Origin: Vicinamibacterales bacterium
GTDB lineage: Bacteria > Acidobacteriota > Vicinamibacteria > Vicinamibacterales > UBA8438
DNA length: 64,000 nucleotides
Direction of reading: 5' to 3'
NCBI GenBank assembly: GCA_963663195.1
Contig: OY760136.1
Location: 4,359,079 to 4,423,078, forward strand
The stretch's first letter is position 1. Each line of letters starts with the position of its first letter. Below the pieces are notes generated by a model. The model was not told the origin of the DNA. It ran no database searches and saw nothing but the letters and a program-made list of their open reading frames with translations. Position numbers and translations under genes: made by a program. Positions 13,502 to 22,798 of the stretch are shown here, piece after piece.

Positions 13502-16024
13502 TCAGCAGCAGCCGGGCCCGCAATCGCCGCCGTCGACGGCCGCGACCTCGCGTGCGCCGGACGGGTCGTCGACTATGACGAACGAGCCGTCGTACGGCCG
13601 GTTCGACAGCTTGGCGGCCGTATCGGTGCACACTTCAACAGGTACGCCGCGCGGGAACAGGTGGCCTTCCTCGTCGATGACCGCCTTCTGCGGACCGAGG
13701 TAGACCGCGTACTGGCCGACGAACCGGCAGCCGGCCTTCTTCTCGAACTTGTAGCCGCGCACCGTCACCGAGAAGAACCGGCAGCCTTCGACCTCGCGCC
13801 ACGGCGTCTTCTTGAGGATGGCGACGCCGTAGAAGCCGGCCCGCTCCAGAGCGCTGAGAAACGCCTCCTCCGTCAGCGCCCCGCTGATGCACTCGCCCCA
13901 CAGCCGGCCGTCGGCGCGTACCTTGGGCGGCACGTCGCGGTCGGATACGATGTCGGCGATCACGGTGCGGCCATGGTCCTTGAGGACGCGCCAGATCTCG
14001 CGCAGCACGCGCGGCTTGTCCGCCGACAGGTTGATCACGCAGTTCGACGTCACCGCGTCGGCCACCGCGTCGTCGAGCGGAATCCGTTCCAGGAACCCCT
14101 TGCGGAACTCGACGGCGTCATAACCGAGCGCGGCCGCCACCTGCGGCTGGCTGTCGCGCGCCACGGCCAGCATCTGCTCGGTCATGTCCACGCCGTACAC
14201 GCGCCCCCCGGCGCCAACCTTGCGGGCGGCGATGAAGCAGTCGATGCCGGCCCCCGAGCCGAGGTCGACCATCGTCTCGCCGGCGGCGAGCGCCGCATCC
14301 GACACCGGGCTGCCGCAGCCGTAGAATCGTTCGACCACCTCCGGGGGAATGTGCGCCAGGTCCTCCGCCGCCGGCTGCACCGGACAGCAGAGGTCTCCCT
14401 TGGGCTCCTCGGCCGCCGCTCCGTAGTACTCCCTGACCGTCAACCGCGAGCGCTCCATCACCTCTTCCGACAGCACGCAGGCGGTGTGCGTCGTGCGGAC
14501 GATGGCCTGCTCGTCGTGCAGCATGTGCTCCCCCATCGCGCGGAACACGACCGGCCGGTCGAACCCCGATCGGGCCTGCACGGTCTGACGCCCTTCCTGC
14601 GACATCTCCGCCAACGCATCGTCGGCCAGCCCCTTGTACAGGTCGCAGTAGGGATCGTGCGCCAGGAAACTCCCCCGCCGCCCCGAGCCCTCCGTGGCCG
14701 AGGTCCAGTAACCGTGCTCGAGGTCGCCGCCGCCGCACAGGAACTTGAACACGCAGGACCGGCACAGCGGCTTCTTCTCGACGCTCGCCTCGCGCAGCTC
14801 GCGGCAGACGTCGCTTTCCCGCCAGATTTCCGCCAGCGGCGCGGCGGCCAGATCACCGCAGCGCAGCTCGGGGACGCCGGCGGTGGATGCGGACGGGTAC
14901 ACCCAGCCGTCCGTGTAGAGGCAGAGGCTGTTCCAGCCGGCGCCGGCCAGGTCGTTCTTCACCCCCGGAGCGCCGTCGAGACGCAGGCGAAACTCCTCCA
15001 CGTTGTCGATGGAGACGCCGATCTCGCCGGCCCTGCGGCGCGCCCCGCGCACCGCCCGCAGAATCTCGTCCGCGGACGGCAGCTCCGCGAACGGACCGCT
15101 CAGCATCCGGCCGCGGCGGTGCGGCCAGAGCAGATGGACATTGCCGATGCCGAGCTCACCGGCGAGGCGGACGATGTTCTCCAGATCGTCGAGGTTGTGC
15201 TTCAGGATCGTCGTGGTCAGCGTGGGACGCAGGCCGGCGGACACCGCGGCCTCGAGTCCGGCAATCGTCGCGGCGAAACTCCCCCGGCCACGCACCGGAT
15301 CGTTGATGTCGGCGCTCGAGCCGTCCAGGCTGACCTGGATGCGCAGGCTGTCGACCGGCGGCTCTCCTTCGCGCGCCGGCAGCTCGATCGCCGCCAGCTC
15401 GACGAGCGCCGCGAGCCGCTTGCCCATGAGCAGCGTGCCGTTGGTGAGGATCACCAGCTCCCGGCCGCGGGCCGCAATAACATGTCGGCACAGATCGACG
15501 ATGTCGGGGCGCGCCAGCGGCTCGCCGCCGGTGAAGAACACCCGCTCCGCGCCGAGCGCCGCCGCCTGGTCGATCGCGTCAACGATCCGTCCGGTCTCCA
15601 GCCCCTGGTCGCGCGTCGGCCCGGACGAGACGAGGCAGTGCGCGCACGCCAGGTTGCAGAAGTCGTTCACCTGCACCCACAGCTCGTGGAGCGCCGCGGT
15701 CGCCAGGTACGCCGAGCGGCCCAGGTAGGGGGCCGGCGCGGCGCCGTCCGTCGACAGGAAGCCATGCCGCAACGCGTCGCCGGCGAGCGTTTCCACGTGG
15801 AGCCACGCCCGCGTCACATCGAGCCCGGAGGCGTCGGCGTACTCCCTCACCACCTGCGCGAAGGGAGTGCGGCCGTCGAACTGGCCAAGGAGCCGGATAC
15901 CGCGGTCGTCGCTGGCAAGCCAGTGCGGCCTGGCCGGGTCCAGGGCAATCGCCTGGCCATCCGTGCGCCGGACGGAGAACGCCGGCGCGCGCAGCAGCGT
16001 CCCGTCATCGATGAATGTCGGCAT
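13502..16024 (-). CDS. Fusion of PqqD/RRE-like, radical SAM, degenerate SPASM and arsenite methyltransferase (ArsM/AS3MT-like) domains
   Basis: Radical SAM/SPASM part: CNLACAHC, FTGGEP, CRSCVFKFLCGGGD...PYC. ArsM part: FYGCGSP, DLGSGAGIDC, SNCVINL, GECISGA, VEVC. C-terminal CGPGCC. Confidence 0.85.
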   Translation of the reverse strand: MPTFIDDGTLLRAPAFSVRRTDGQAIALDPARPHWLASDDRGIRLLGQFDGRTPFAQVVREYADASGLDVTRAWLHVETLAGDALRHGFLSTDGAAPAPYLGRSAYLATAALHELWVQVNDFCNLACAHCLVSSGPTRDQGLETGRIVDAIDQAAALGAERVFFTGGEPLARPDIVDLCRHVIAARGRELVILTNGTLLMGKRLAALVELAAIELPAREGEPPVDSLRIQVSLDGSSADINDPVRGRGSFAATIAGLEAAVSAGLRPTLTTTILKHNLDDLENIVRLAGELGIGNVHLLWPHRRGRMLSGPFAELPSADEILRAVRGARRRAGEIGVSIDNVEEFRLRLDGAPGVKNDLAGAGWNSLCLYTDGWVYPSASTAGVPELRCGDLAAAPLAEIWRESDVCRELREASVEKKPLCRSCVFKFLCGGGDLEHGYWTSATEGSGRRGSFLAHDPYCDLYKGLADDALAEMSQEGRQTVQARSGFDRPVVFRAMGEHMLHDEQAIVRTTHTACVLSEEVMERSRLTVREYYGAAAEEPKGDLCCPVQPAAEDLAHIPPEVVERFYGCGSPVSDAALAAGETMVDLGSGAGIDCFIAARKVGAGGRVYGVDMTEQMLAVARDSQPQVAAALGYDAVEFRKGFLERIPLDDAVADAVTSNCVINLSADKPRVLREIWRVLKDHGRTVIADIVSDRDVPPKVRADGRLWGECISGALTEEAFLSALERAGFYGVAILKKTPWREVEGCRFFSVTVRGYKFEKKAGCRFVGQYAVYLGPQKAVIDEEGHLFPRGVPVEVCTDTAAKLSNRPYDGSFVIVDDPSGAREVAAVDGGDCGPGCC

Positions 16025-16138
16025 GCGAATTCTCCCCGGCGCCGGCAACAAGCAAGCAGGGCATTTTGTCGAATCAGGTGGCCAATCGCAAACCGCGCGA
16101 CCGGCCCGTCGCACCGGCCATGGTTTCTTGGACGCGGA

Positions 16139-17446
16139 TCAGCGCGCTGGGGATTCATCCGGGCGCCGGCGCACCGCCCAGGCGGCGGCGAGCGCGGCGA
16201 TCAACAGGCCGTACTCGACCGGCTCCACCCAGCCAGGCAACACCCAGCCGGCGCCGGACGCGCGCACGGTCCACACGATGTAGGTCAGTGGCGCGGCGAG
16301 GGTCCAGGCGATCAACGGCCACGCGCGCGGCGCCGCCAGGAACGGGATCATCCAGACGAGGTACCACGGGTAGACCGTCGGTAACAGGAGGAGCGTCGCC
16401 GCGAGCGGCCACGCCCACGCCTCCGGGGCCGTTGCCGGCAGGTGCGCGCGCGCCGCGGCGGCCGCGGCCATCCCGGCGCCGACCGCGAGGGCGAACGCGA
16501 CGGGCGCGCCCACCGCGGCCTCGATCCACGCGAACAGCGGTCCGTTGAAACGCCACTGCGCGGCGTACTGCGGCAGCGAACCGATCGGGACCGTCACCGC
16601 GCCGCCGACGAACGGCAGGTACAACAGGCCCACGGCCGCGACGGCCGCCAGACCGTCGCGCAGGCGCACGCGGCGCCACAGCAGCGGCGCCAGCACCAGC
16701 GGCAGGAACTTGACGCTGAACGCCGCCGCCAGTGCGAGCGACGCGGCGAACGTGCGGCGCGCATGGAGCGCGGCAGCGGCGGCGACCACGAGCAGCGTCC
16801 CGAGCAGATCGATGTGGCCGGCCGCCGCGCCCTCGATGGCAGGCAGCGGATGCCAGGCATACACGAGCACCCACCACGGACTGCGGCCGCACGCCGCCAG
16901 CCAGCGCCACAGCAGCAGCATGATCAGCAGGTCGCACACGATCATGGCCGCGGCGACGGCCGTCACCGATTCGTGGATGGCCGTGACGGCGCGCAGGAAG
17001 AGCTGCGCGGCGGGCGGGTAGATTGCCGGCAGGACCGCGCTGGTCGGATCGATTCGGCGCGTATCCGCGGTGTGCAGCCCCGCCAGCGCCGGGTCGGCGG
17101 GCGCCGCGGCGTACGGGTTGTAGCCGTAGCGCTGCACCCGCCCGTCCCAGAGGTAGCGATAGACGTCATCGGACGCTATCGGCGCGGCGCCCAGCAGCAG
17201 GAGGCGGCCGGCGATGGCGATCAGCAGGCATGCGGCGAGCTGCCGGCGAGAACCGTGCCGGCGGCGCACCAGCAGCAGCAGCGTGGCGACGTAGGCAACC
17301 GAAGCGCCCCCGAGCAGCCACAGGAACGGCAGCGTTGCGACCCGCGCATCCAGGTGCGAGACGCCGGCCAGTAGCAGCAGCTGGGCCGCGCCGCAGGCGA
17401 GGATCCACCACGGGGCGGCGCCGCGGTGCGGCCGCGCGGTATCCAT
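16139..17446 (-). CDS. Polytopic GT-C (GT87/DUF2029-like) membrane glycosyltransferase
   Basis: SDDVYRYLWDG, NPY, YPP, YAWHPL..E...GHID, VKFLP and YPWY motifs with many TM helices. The start overlaps the upstream stop (TAATG). Confidence 0.75.
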   Translation of the reverse strand: MDTARPHRGAAPWWILACGAAQLLLLAGVSHLDARVATLPFLWLLGGASVAYVATLLLLVRRRHGSRRQLAACLLIAIAGRLLLLGAAPIASDDVYRYLWDGRVQRYGYNPYAAAPADPALAGLHTADTRRIDPTSAVLPAIYPPAAQLFLRAVTAIHESVTAVAAAMIVCDLLIMLLLWRWLAACGRSPWWVLVYAWHPLPAIEGAAAGHIDLLGTLLVVAAAAALHARRTFAASLALAAAFSVKFLPLVLAPLLWRRVRLRDGLAAVAAVGLLYLPFVGGAVTVPIGSLPQYAAQWRFNGPLFAWIEAAVGAPVAFALAVGAGMAAAAAARAHLPATAPEAWAWPLAATLLLLPTVYPWYLVWMIPFLAAPRAWPLIAWTLAAPLTYIVWTVRASGAGWVLPGWVEPVEYGLLIAALAAAWAVRRRPDESPAR

Positions 17447-18180
17447 TACCGGGATCCGTCCGGCGGCCCGTAGTAGGCGCGCGCGAGGCGCGCCGTCGGC
17501 ACGCCGGCGGCGTACCCCAATAGCAGCAGCAAGTTGAGGGCGGTCCGCCGCGTCCAACCGTCCCGCTCCCAGCGCCGCGCCGACGTCAGGATCGGGACCT
17601 CGAGGTACGCCATCCGTCCGCTGCACCGCACGCGCCGCGCCAGATCGACATCCTCCATCAGCGGCAGCGGCCGGTACCCGCCGAGCTGCTCGAACAGCGC
17701 CCGGCGCACGAAGATCCCCTGGTCGCCGTACGGCAACCCCATCCACCGGACGCGCCACGCGACACCGCGCTCCACGATCCGGGCGCGCCAGTCGGCGGAA
17801 CGCAGCGTCAGCCGCAGCGCGCCGCCGACCGTCAGCGGATCCGGGTCGATGCGGCGGATCTCGTCCAGCCAGCCCGGCGCCGGGCAGGCGTCGGCATGCA
17901 GGAACAGCAGCCACGCGCCGGACGCCGCCTGCGCGCCCGCGTTCATCTGCCGCGCGCGTCCGGGCTCGGCGACCATCCAGCGCACGGCCTCGAAGCGCGC
18001 CTGTAGCGGCCCGATCGCGCAATCCCCCGCGTCGCCATTGGCCACGATTACTTCGCAGCCGCCACTCCGCGCGATCTCGGCCGGCAACTGCCGCAGCAGC
18101 TCGCCCAGCAGCCGCTCGAGCTCCGCGGCATCGTGGAGCACCGGAATGACAATCGATACGAGCGGACTGTCAGCAACCAC
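17446..18180 (-). CDS. TIGR04283-type family 2 glycosyltransferase (rSAM/selenodomain- and arsenosugar-associated)
   Basis: SIVIPV, GRARQMNAGA, LLFLHAD, YGDQGIFVRR, LPLMEDVDL and TSARRW motifs. Confidence 0.85.
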   Translation of the reverse strand: MVADSPLVSIVIPVLHDAAELERLLGELLRQLPAEIARSGGCEVIVANGDAGDCAIGPLQARFEAVRWMVAEPGRARQMNAGAQAASGAWLLFLHADACPAPGWLDEIRRIDPDPLTVGGALRLTLRSADWRARIVERGVAWRVRWMGLPYGDQGIFVRRALFEQLGGYRPLPLMEDVDLARRVRCSGRMAYLEVPILTSARRWERDGWTRRTALNLLLLLGYAAGVPTARLARAYYGPPDGSR

Positions 18181-18841
18181 CGTCCAGCCCCAGAAAGGCC
18201 GCCGTCTCCGTCCGCACGCGGTCGATGCTGGCGGCCAGCCTGTGGTCGTCATCCAGCAGCACCAGGCGCACGTGCGCGCGGCCGTCCGCGAATCGCCGGA
18301 CCATGTCGGGGTCGACCACCTCGTCGCCGCGCCCGTGGAGGACGAGCATCGGCGTTTCCGCGCGCACCGCGAACGAGTCGTAGCGCGCGGCGTCGGCGAT
18401 CAGCTCGAAGTGCAGCCGCCGCGGCTCGTCGTATCCGTGGTGCTGCACCTCGGTCCAACCGTCCCGCCGCCAGCGCGCGAGCCAGTCCGTCTGGCGTTCG
18501 CGCATGCCGGGCGCCCCGAAGTCGAACGCGGGCGCCAGCAGCACGAGCCGCTCGACCGGGTGGGCGGGCAGCGCCGAGCGGAGGTGCTCCGCCAGGTGCA
18601 GCGCCACGAATCCGCCCAGGCTCGAACCGATCAGCGCGACCGGCGCCGGCGGCAGGCGACGCAGCGCGGCGGTTACCTGGCCGATCATCCGCGTGGTCGT
18701 CAGCGTGGAGAAATCGGGCTCGTTCAGGTCGGGACAGTGCAGCGTCAGACCGCGCGCGGTGAACTGCTCCGCCAGGAAGCGGGCCTTGCCGGAGCGGGGC
18801 GACGACGCCAGTCCGTGGAGGTAGAAGAAGTGGCGCGGCAT
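18170..18841 (-). CDS. YqiA/YcfP (UPF0227) alpha/beta hydrolase
   Basis: YLHGLASSP, GSSLGG nucleophile elbow, HGRGDEVV and DDHRL. Confidence 0.88.
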   Translation of the reverse strand: MPRHFFYLHGLASSPRSGKARFLAEQFTARGLTLHCPDLNEPDFSTLTTTRMIGQVTAALRRLPPAPVALIGSSLGGFVALHLAEHLRSALPAHPVERLVLLAPAFDFGAPGMRERQTDWLARWRRDGWTEVQHHGYDEPRRLHFELIADAARYDSFAVRAETPMLVLHGRGDEVVDPDMVRRFADGRAHVRLVLLDDDHRLAASIDRVRTETAAFLGLDGGC

Positions 18842-18971
18842 TGCCTGGATGGGGCCGCGCCGTGCGCGGCCGGGGGGCGCCTGACCGGTCTCGGTGCAAC
18901 GCGGAGTTTCACGGGCTGCAGAATTATAGCTGGTATACTGCGCGGCGCCGATTCGCCGCCGACCGACTGTC

Positions 18972-19682
18972 ATGCCGTCTCCGCGCTTTACCGACGCCAC
19001 GCTCGCCTTCCTGCGCGCCCTGGAACGCAACAACGATCGCGAGTGGTTCCGCGAACGGAAAGCCGAGTACGAGCGCGTCGTACGGCAGCCGATGGTCGAG
19101 TTCATCGAGCAGCTGGCGCTCGACCTGCCGCGCTTCGCCCCCGATCTGGTCGCGGCGCCGAAGGTATCGCTGTACCGCGTCTACCGCGACACGCGCTTCT
19201 CGAAGGACAAGCGCCCGCTGAAGACGCACATTGCCGCCATCTTCCCGCACCGCGAAATCAGCAAGCACAACGGCGCCGTCCTGTATTTCCACGTCCATCC
19301 CGACCAGGTCTTCATCGGCGGCGGCGTCTACGCGCCCGACCCGCGCCAGCTGTACCGGCTGCGGCAGCATGTCGCCGACAACCTGCAGGAACTGCTGGAC
19401 ATCGTGGAGGCGCCTGCGTTTCACCGCAGCTTCGGGGCCCTGAGCGGCGAACGGCTGCGGCGCGTCCCGTCCGGGTTCGCGAAGGACCATCCGGCGGCGG
19501 AGTATCTCAAGCTGAAGAGGTTCCTGGCCGGCTGCGAGCGGCCCGGCAGCTTTGCGACCGGCCCGCGCGTCTACAGTGCGCTGCTGCGGCTGTTCGAGCG
19601 GCTGGCGCCGCTCATCGCCTTCCTCAACGCGCCCCTGGCGGCGATGCCGCCGCCCCCGCCGGTCGATCGGGCGTCCCGCTGA
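18972..19682 (+). CDS. DUF2461 / TIGR02453 family protein
   Basis: FL..L..NNDREWF, RVYRDTRFSKDKRP and L.RVPSGF..DHP motifs. Confidence 0.9.
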   Translation: MPSPRFTDATLAFLRALERNNDREWFRERKAEYERVVRQPMVEFIEQLALDLPRFAPDLVAAPKVSLYRVYRDTRFSKDKRPLKTHIAAIFPHREISKHNGAVLYFHVHPDQVFIGGGVYAPDPRQLYRLRQHVADNLQELLDIVEAPAFHRSFGALSGERLRRVPSGFAKDHPAAEYLKLKRFLAGCERPGSFATGPRVYSALLRLFERLAPLIAFLNAPLAAMPPPPPVDRASR

Positions 19683-19735
19683 CCTCCATCCATCGCCGCC
19701 ACGGGCTGCTAAGATACGGTGTCGGAGCGGTCGGC

Positions 19736-20116
19736 ATGCCGGGACTACTGGGTGAACTCGTCGACAGCCTGCACCGCGGAATCCAGTTGCGCTGTCCCTG
19801 CTGCGGCTACGGGCCGCTGTTCGCCACCCGCTTCAAGACATACGACCGCTGCTCCGTGTGCGACGAACGCTTCGAGCGCGAGCCGGGCCAGTGGTTCGGC
19901 GCCGTCTACGTGAATCTCTGCCTCACGCTAGTGATCACCGCCGGCGGCTTCTTCCTGACGCGGACCTTCACGCCGCTCTCGTCCACCCAGCAGCTCTGGA
20001 TCTGGATACCGCTCGCCGTCATCGGGCCCCTGCTGCTCCATCGATCGTCGACCGGGCTGTGGACCAGCCTCGTCTTCATCGGTGAAGGGCTGTATCTCCG
20101 GTGGCCGCGCCGGTAA
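19736..20116 (+). CDS. DUF983 zinc-ribbon membrane protein
   Basis: RCPCCGYGPLF...CSVC...EREPG.F.GA.Y followed by two TM helices. This is the 3' part of ORF 17534..20116. Confidence 0.75.
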   Translation: MPGLLGELVDSLHRGIQLRCPCCGYGPLFATRFKTYDRCSVCDERFEREPGQWFGAVYVNLCLTLVITAGGFFLTRTFTPLSSTQQLWIWIPLAVIGPLLLHRSSTGLWTSLVFIGEGLYLRWPRR

Positions 20117-21330
20117 CCTGGTCCGGCCATATCTCGGCCGCCCTCTACCGTCTCGGCGCCGCGTTCACCTACCCCGCTTTCCGCAACCTCTGGACCGCCG
20201 CCTTCACGTCGGCCGCCGGCACCTGGATGCAGCGGTTCGCGCAGCAGTGGCTGATCTTCGAGCTGACCGGGTCCGCCTTCTATCTCGGACTCGACGCGTT
20301 CGTCGGCGCCGTGCCGCTGTTGCTCTTCACGCTGATCGGCGGCGTGATCGCCGACCGCTACGACCGCCGCCGGCTGCTGATGGCGTCGCAGGTGGTGCAG
20401 ATGGCCTGCGCGCTCGTCCTGACGCTGCTGGTGCTGACCGACTCCGTGCGCCTCGGGTACATCCTGGCGCTGTCTTTCACCACCGGCCTGGCGCAGGCGT
20501 TCGGCGGACCGGCGTTCCAGTCGCTGATCCCGGCGCTCGTCCCGCGCCACACGCTGCCGAACGCCGTGGCGCTCAACTCCATCCAGTTCAACCTGGCGCA
20601 GTCGATCGGCCCGCTCGTCGGCGGGCTGGTCTTCACCAGCCTCGGATTGGCCGCCTGCTTCGGGCTCAACAGCGTGTCGTTCCTGGTGGTGATCGTCGTG
20701 CTGGCCCTGATGCAGGCCCAGCCTGTCGCACAGGATCGGCGTCAGTCGATGGCCGAGGACCTGAAGGGCGGCCTCTCGTACGTGGGCCAGGGCGGCGCGC
20801 TGCTGGCGCTCACCGTCCTGGCCGTCGCCACCACCTCGCTGGGCCTGCCGCTGCGCGCGTTCCTGCCGGTCTTCGCCGGCGATCCGGAAACGCTCAGCCG
20901 CATGATGACCACCCTCGGCTCCGGCGCCGTCACCGGGGCGCTGATCGTCGCCTGGCTCGGCCAGTTCGAACGGATGGGATTGACGCTGCTGCAGGTGCTG
21001 GCCATGTTCGGCCTGCTGGTGGCCGCGTTCGCATCGCTGCCGGTAGGTCCCTGGAGCTACCTGCTGCTGTTCCTGGCCGGCAACGCGCTGCTCATCGTCT
21101 TCTCGCTGACCGCGTCGCTCGTGCAACTCACCGTGCCCGACGATTTGCGGGGGCGGGTGATGAGCATCTACCTGACCGCGTTCCGCGGCGGCCTGCCGCT
21201 GGGCAGCCTGGTCAGCGGCGCGCTGACGCGTTACGCCCCGACGGAGATCGTCGTCGCCGTCAACGCCGGCCTGCTCACCCTGGTGGCCGTGTACTTCCTG
21301 GTGCGCAGCCACGGCGTGCGCGAGCTGTAG
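20101..21330 (+). CDS. MFS transporter (MFS_3/DUF894-like)
   Basis: About 12 TM helices, GGVIADRYDRRRLL and DDLRGRVMS. Confidence 0.9.
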   Translation: MAAPVTWSGHISAALYRLGAAFTYPAFRNLWTAAFTSAAGTWMQRFAQQWLIFELTGSAFYLGLDAFVGAVPLLLFTLIGGVIADRYDRRRLLMASQVVQMACALVLTLLVLTDSVRLGYILALSFTTGLAQAFGGPAFQSLIPALVPRHTLPNAVALNSIQFNLAQSIGPLVGGLVFTSLGLAACFGLNSVSFLVVIVVLALMQAQPVAQDRRQSMAEDLKGGLSYVGQGGALLALTVLAVATTSLGLPLRAFLPVFAGDPETLSRMMTTLGSGAVTGALIVAWLGQFERMGLTLLQVLAMFGLLVAAFASLPVGPWSYLLLFLAGNALLIVFSLTASLVQLTVPDDLRGRVMSIYLTAFRGGLPLGSLVSGALTRYAPTEIVVAVNAGLLTLVAVYFLVRSHGVREL

Positions 21331-21362
21331 TAGCCCACGAACCACGGATCGAGCTTCGATTG

Positions 21363-21377
21363 CCATCATATTGATGG
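21363..21377. promoter_or_regulatory. Palindrome CCATCA-TAT-TGATGG, candidate operator of the toxin-antitoxin operon
   Basis: Perfect 6-bp inverted repeat in an AT-rich stretch 21 bp upstream of the antitoxin ATG. Confidence 0.5.
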
Positions 21378-21398
21378 AGATGTATATTTGGTGGTGGG

Positions 21399-21704
21399 AT
21401 GGTCAAGACGCAGATTCAACTTCCGGACCGGCTGTACCGCGACCTCAAGCGTCTGGCGGCAGCCCGGGAATGGTCGCTTGCGGAAACGCTGCGCCGGGCG
21501 GCCGAACAGCTTCTGGCACGACACCCGAACGTCACGGTCCCGGCGTCCTCCTGGCGGCCGCCGGTGTCGGACACAGTAGGGTGGCGCGGACTGAGCCACG
21601 AAGCGATTCATGCAGCGGCGCTCGACGATGTCGAGCAGCGATCCGTCCAGGGAACGGCGGGCGAGCGCGGCCGCGGGGAGGCCGCGGACCGTGACGTCCT
21701 TTGA
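21399..21704 (+). CDS. Ribbon-helix-helix antitoxin (VapB/CopG-like)
   Basis: MVKTQIQLPDRLYRDLKRLAAAREWSLAETLRRA fits the RHH pattern. It overlaps the PIN gene. Confidence 0.75.
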   Translation: MVKTQIQLPDRLYRDLKRLAAAREWSLAETLRRAAEQLLARHPNVTVPASSWRPPVSDTVGWRGLSHEAIHAAALDDVEQRSVQGTAGERGRGEAADRDVL

Positions 21705-22131
21705 CGCCAACCTCCTGCTCTACGCCTTCAGCCAGGCCAGCCCGTTCCACGAACGCGCACGGCGCTTTCTCGAAGACCTGACGCCGCGCGACGACGTCGC
21801 CGTCTCCGAGCTGGTGCTGGTGGAGCTCTACACCTTGCTGCGGAATCCCGCCGTACTCCTCAGGCCGCTGGGAGCGCCGGCAGCGGTCGATGTCGTACAG
21901 ACCTACCGCCGGCACCCACGCTGGATGGTCCTTGGCTTCGACCCGGACAGTATTGCGCTCCACGACGAGCTGTGGCCGCTGGCGGCCGAGGCCGGCTTCG
22001 GACGGCGCCGGATCTACGACGCCCGCCTCGCGCTCTCCCTGCGCCGCCAGGGCGTCACGGCCTTCGCCACGGCCAACCTAAAGGACTTCAACGGCTTCGG
22101 ATTCGACCGCGTCTGGAATCCCGTGGCGTGA
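21691..22131 (+). CDS. vapC: PIN-domain toxin (VapC)
   Basis: FDANLLLYA, conserved E, IYDARLA and TAN.KDF acidic PIN motifs. GTG start at 21691. Confidence 0.85.
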   Translation: MTSFDANLLLYAFSQASPFHERARRFLEDLTPRDDVAVSELVLVELYTLLRNPAVLLRPLGAPAAVDVVQTYRRHPRWMVLGFDPDSIALHDELWPLAAEAGFGRRRIYDARLALSLRRQGVTAFATANLKDFNGFGFDRVWNPVA

Positions 22132-22144
22132 CGCCCCGACGGGC

Positions 22145-22798
22145 CTACACCTGCCAGCCGAGGATGGTCTCGGCGGCGGGGCAGAAGACGTGAGCCAGGT
22201 GGGTGTCGACAATGCGCTGGGGGCACTCGGGGTCGAACCAGCCGTCGACGAGGCCCCAGTGGTAGGGGCTGAGCATGTAGTCCTCCTGCAGCCCGCGCAA
22301 TTCCTGGAATTCCTGCTCCCAGACGTGCGTCCAGGGCGTGGGATGCAGCTCGGGGTCGACGCGGCTGAACGCCCAGTTGCGGATAGCGTCGATGTAGCGG
22401 GGCATGCCCATGGTGTCGTGCTCGAAGCGTTCCGCGACGTCGGGCGGCGTGCCCGGCAGCACGCGCAGCAGCAGCGTGCGCTTGACGCAGTCGCGGATGC
22501 CGGGCTCCGGCACGGCAAGGTGCTGCGATTCGAAGGCCACGGTGTCCAGGCGCAGCGCACCATCCGCCACGAGCGGCTGCAGGCTCGGCGCCTGGTGCAG
22601 CGCGCCCGGGTCGCGACCGTCGAGAAGCACGTCCCACGTGTAGTGGCCGCCGCGCACCGATCCCGGCAGATGCCGGCCCAAATGGGTTCGGCGCACGCCG
22701 GCGACGGCCGCGGCCGCCTCCGCTACGGCGCGCCGGATCGCGCGGTCGCGGGCGTCATCGAGCTCGCCCTCGGCATGGAGCATGGTCACGACCCTCAC
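22145..22798 (-). CDS. Dabb/EthD-like dimeric alpha+beta barrel protein
   Basis: KRTLLLRV...IRNWAFSRV..WTHVWEQEF...Y...YHW. The GTG start overlaps the upstream stop. Confidence 0.5.
   Translation of the reverse strand: MRVVTMLHAEGELDDARDRAIRRAVAEAAAAVAGVRRTHLGRHLPGSVRGGHYTWDVLLDGRDPGALHQAPSLQPLVADGALRLDTVAFESQHLAVPEPGIRDCVKRTLLLRVLPGTPPDVAERFEHDTMGMPRYIDAIRNWAFSRVDPELHPTPWTHVWEQEFQELRGLQEDYMLSPYHWGLVDGWFDPECPQRIVDTHLAHVFCPAAETILGWQV

Noticed and set aside
13460..13510. Sec read-through at the Cys-Cys-TGA end of the ArsM fusion
   Set aside because: Terminal CC is common in ArsM proteins. The read-through sequence is uninformative and no convincing SECIS stem was seen.
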